A DNA stretch of 64,000 nt, taken from positions 3,808,001 through 3,872,000 of the forward strand of contig OZ252299.1 in NCBI GenBank assembly GCA_965250285.1, in the 5' to 3' direction. The stretch is from Myxococcota bacterium (GTDB lineage Bacteria; Myxococcota_A; UBA9160; UBA4427). Below, one piece after another: positions 63,001-64,000 of the stretch. Within the stretch, counting starts at the first letter, position 1. Each line of letters opens with the position of its first letter. A program made the position numbers and the translations under genes. The notes under the pieces are model-generated. The model was not told where the DNA came from, ran no database searches, and was given only the letters and a program-made list of their open reading frames with translations.

Positions 63001-64000
63001 ATGACCGCCCGAGCCCTCCTCTGGCTCGTCTCGGTGTGTGGACTCGGCGCGCTGCTGCCCTTCGCAGCCGCCGCCGAGGGCCCGCGCGGCGAGGGCGGCT
63101 ACGACCGCGACGAGCCGCGGGTCGCGGCCGCGCTGCTGGTCGATGCCGAAACGGTCGCGCCGGGCGAGAAGGTGCGCGTCGGCGTCCACTTCACGCTCGA
63201 CCCCGACTGGCACATCTACTGGCGCAATGCCGGCGATGCCGGTGCGGCGACGCGGCTCACCTGGGACGTGCCCGGCGCCGAGGTCGGGCCGACGCAGTGG
63301 CCGGCGCCGACGGTCTTCCGCGAGACCGAAGTGCTCCTCGTGACGTACGGCTACACCGGCGACGTGCTGCTCGCGAGCGACGCCGTCTTCGCGCCCGACG
63401 CGTTTGGCCCCACCCGCATCGACGTCGATGCCGAATTCGTCGTGTGCAAGATCGACTGCATCCCCGGCCGAATCGCGCTCTCCCGCGAGATCATCGTCGC
63501 GGCCCCCGGCCAGCCGCCTAGCGAAGAGGTGCGCCGCCCCTTCGATGAAGCGGCGCTGCGAGTGCCCAACCGCCCCGACGCGCTCGGCCTCTTCGTCGCG
63601 GCTCGGCTCGGCCCGAGCGCCGTTCGGCCGGGCGACAACTTCGAGCTCGCCCTCGACGTCGTGTCCTGCGTCGACGCCGACACCGATGACTGCGTGCCGT
63701 GGCGACTCGACGCGACGCTCAACGACGAAGCGTTCGTGCCCGAGGCGCTGCCGACCGTCCGGCTCGCGGCCCGGGGGCTCGGCCGACCGCCGACCGCCGA
63801 CCCGGGCTTCTCGCTCATCGTCGAAGGGCACGCGTTCGATGATCCCGGCGTCGAGACCCAACCGCTGCGCGGCGTCATCCCGATCGTCCGCGGCACCGAT
63901 CGCACCTTCGTCGAGATCGACGTGGCGCTGCCGCGGGCGCCCGCCGAGGCCGCAATCACGCCGGCCGCCCTCGGTGGCTTCGAGGTCGTTGCCGCGCTCG
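63001..64000 (+). CDS. dsbD: DsbD-family thiol:disulfide interchange protein, N-terminal part (3'-truncated; absent from the ORF track)
   Basis: Manual translation from ATG 63001: signal peptide, WHIYWRNAGDAG, WPAP, YGY, VCKIDCIPG; no stop before the window end. Confidence 0.8.
   Translation, partial: MTARALLWLVSVCGLGALLPFAAAAEGPRGEGGYDRDEPRVAAALLVDAETVAPGEKVRVGVHFTLDPDWHIYWRNAGDAGAATRLTWDVPGAEVGPTQWPAPTVFRETEVLLVTYGYTGDVLLASDAVFAPDAFGPTRIDVDAEFVVCKIDCIPGRIALSREIIVAAPGQPPSEEVRRPFDEAALRVPNRPDALGLFVAARLGPSAVRPGDNFELALDVVSCVDADTDDCVPWRLDATLNDEAFVPEALPTVRLAARGLGRPPTADPGFSLIVEGHAFDDPGVETQPLRGVIPIVRGTDRTFVEIDVALPRAPAEAAITPAALGGFEVVAAL

Noticed and set aside
423..63959. Many long overlapping or antisense ORFs in the track (e.g. 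2514-4364 +, 46381-48390 +, 55039-56937 +, 56592-58583 -)
   Set aside because: Arg/Ala/Pro-rich shadow frames of real genes, expected in high-GC DNA with few stop codons; no recognisable motifs
1..64000. Prophage, IS, integron, defence system, rRNA/tRNA or riboswitch
   Set aside because: No recognisable motifs by eye; a covariance-model search of the larger intergenic gaps (3960-4360, 13690-14130, 42266-42544) would be needed to exclude small RNAs

Overview
High-GC (roughly 70% by eye), gene-dense bacterial DNA from a diderm, judged from a TPR/outer-membrane beta-barrel protein, lipoproteins and DsbD. The gene repertoire resembles Myxococcota/Binatia-type organisms (inference only). I see no rRNA, tRNA, CRISPR array, transposase, integrase or phage genes. 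The window has five blocks. (1) 1.4-13.7 kb, an uncharacterised cell-surface locus: a FecR-domain protein and a TPR/beta-barrel protein, a divergent ~2,380-aa secreted protein with 25 two-Cys Ig-like repeats and an LVIVD propeller tip, and a convergent ExeA-like AAA+/TM/PEGA protein whose Walker B reads DQ instead of DE. This is my best candidate for an undescribed system. (2) 14.1-16.0 kb, an HlyD/FUSC efflux pair. (3) 16.4-27.7 kb, a respiratory module: NDH-2 divergent from one operon encoding an A1-type caa3 oxidase, a menaquinol-type Rieske/cytochrome b(+c) complex, and a CtaG::4Fe-4S fusion with a YtkA/FixH-like partner. (4) 28-37 kb, mixed genes, including a TetR / diiron-like protein / StyC-like membrane protein / alpha-hydroxy-acid oxidase operon. 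(5) 37.4-62.8 kb, a lipid/isoprenoid/steroid catabolic region: three P450s, two LLM oxidoreductases, a fused acyl-CoA dehydrogenase, four crotonases, a CoA ligase, a eukaryote-like phytanoyl-CoA dioxygenase, TauD and a sulfotransferase/DUF1214 pair. Several operators and two apparently leaderless promoters can be read directly from the DNA. All family calls come from motif recognition, not database searches. Where I moved a start codon relative to the ORF track, the choice is a judgement.
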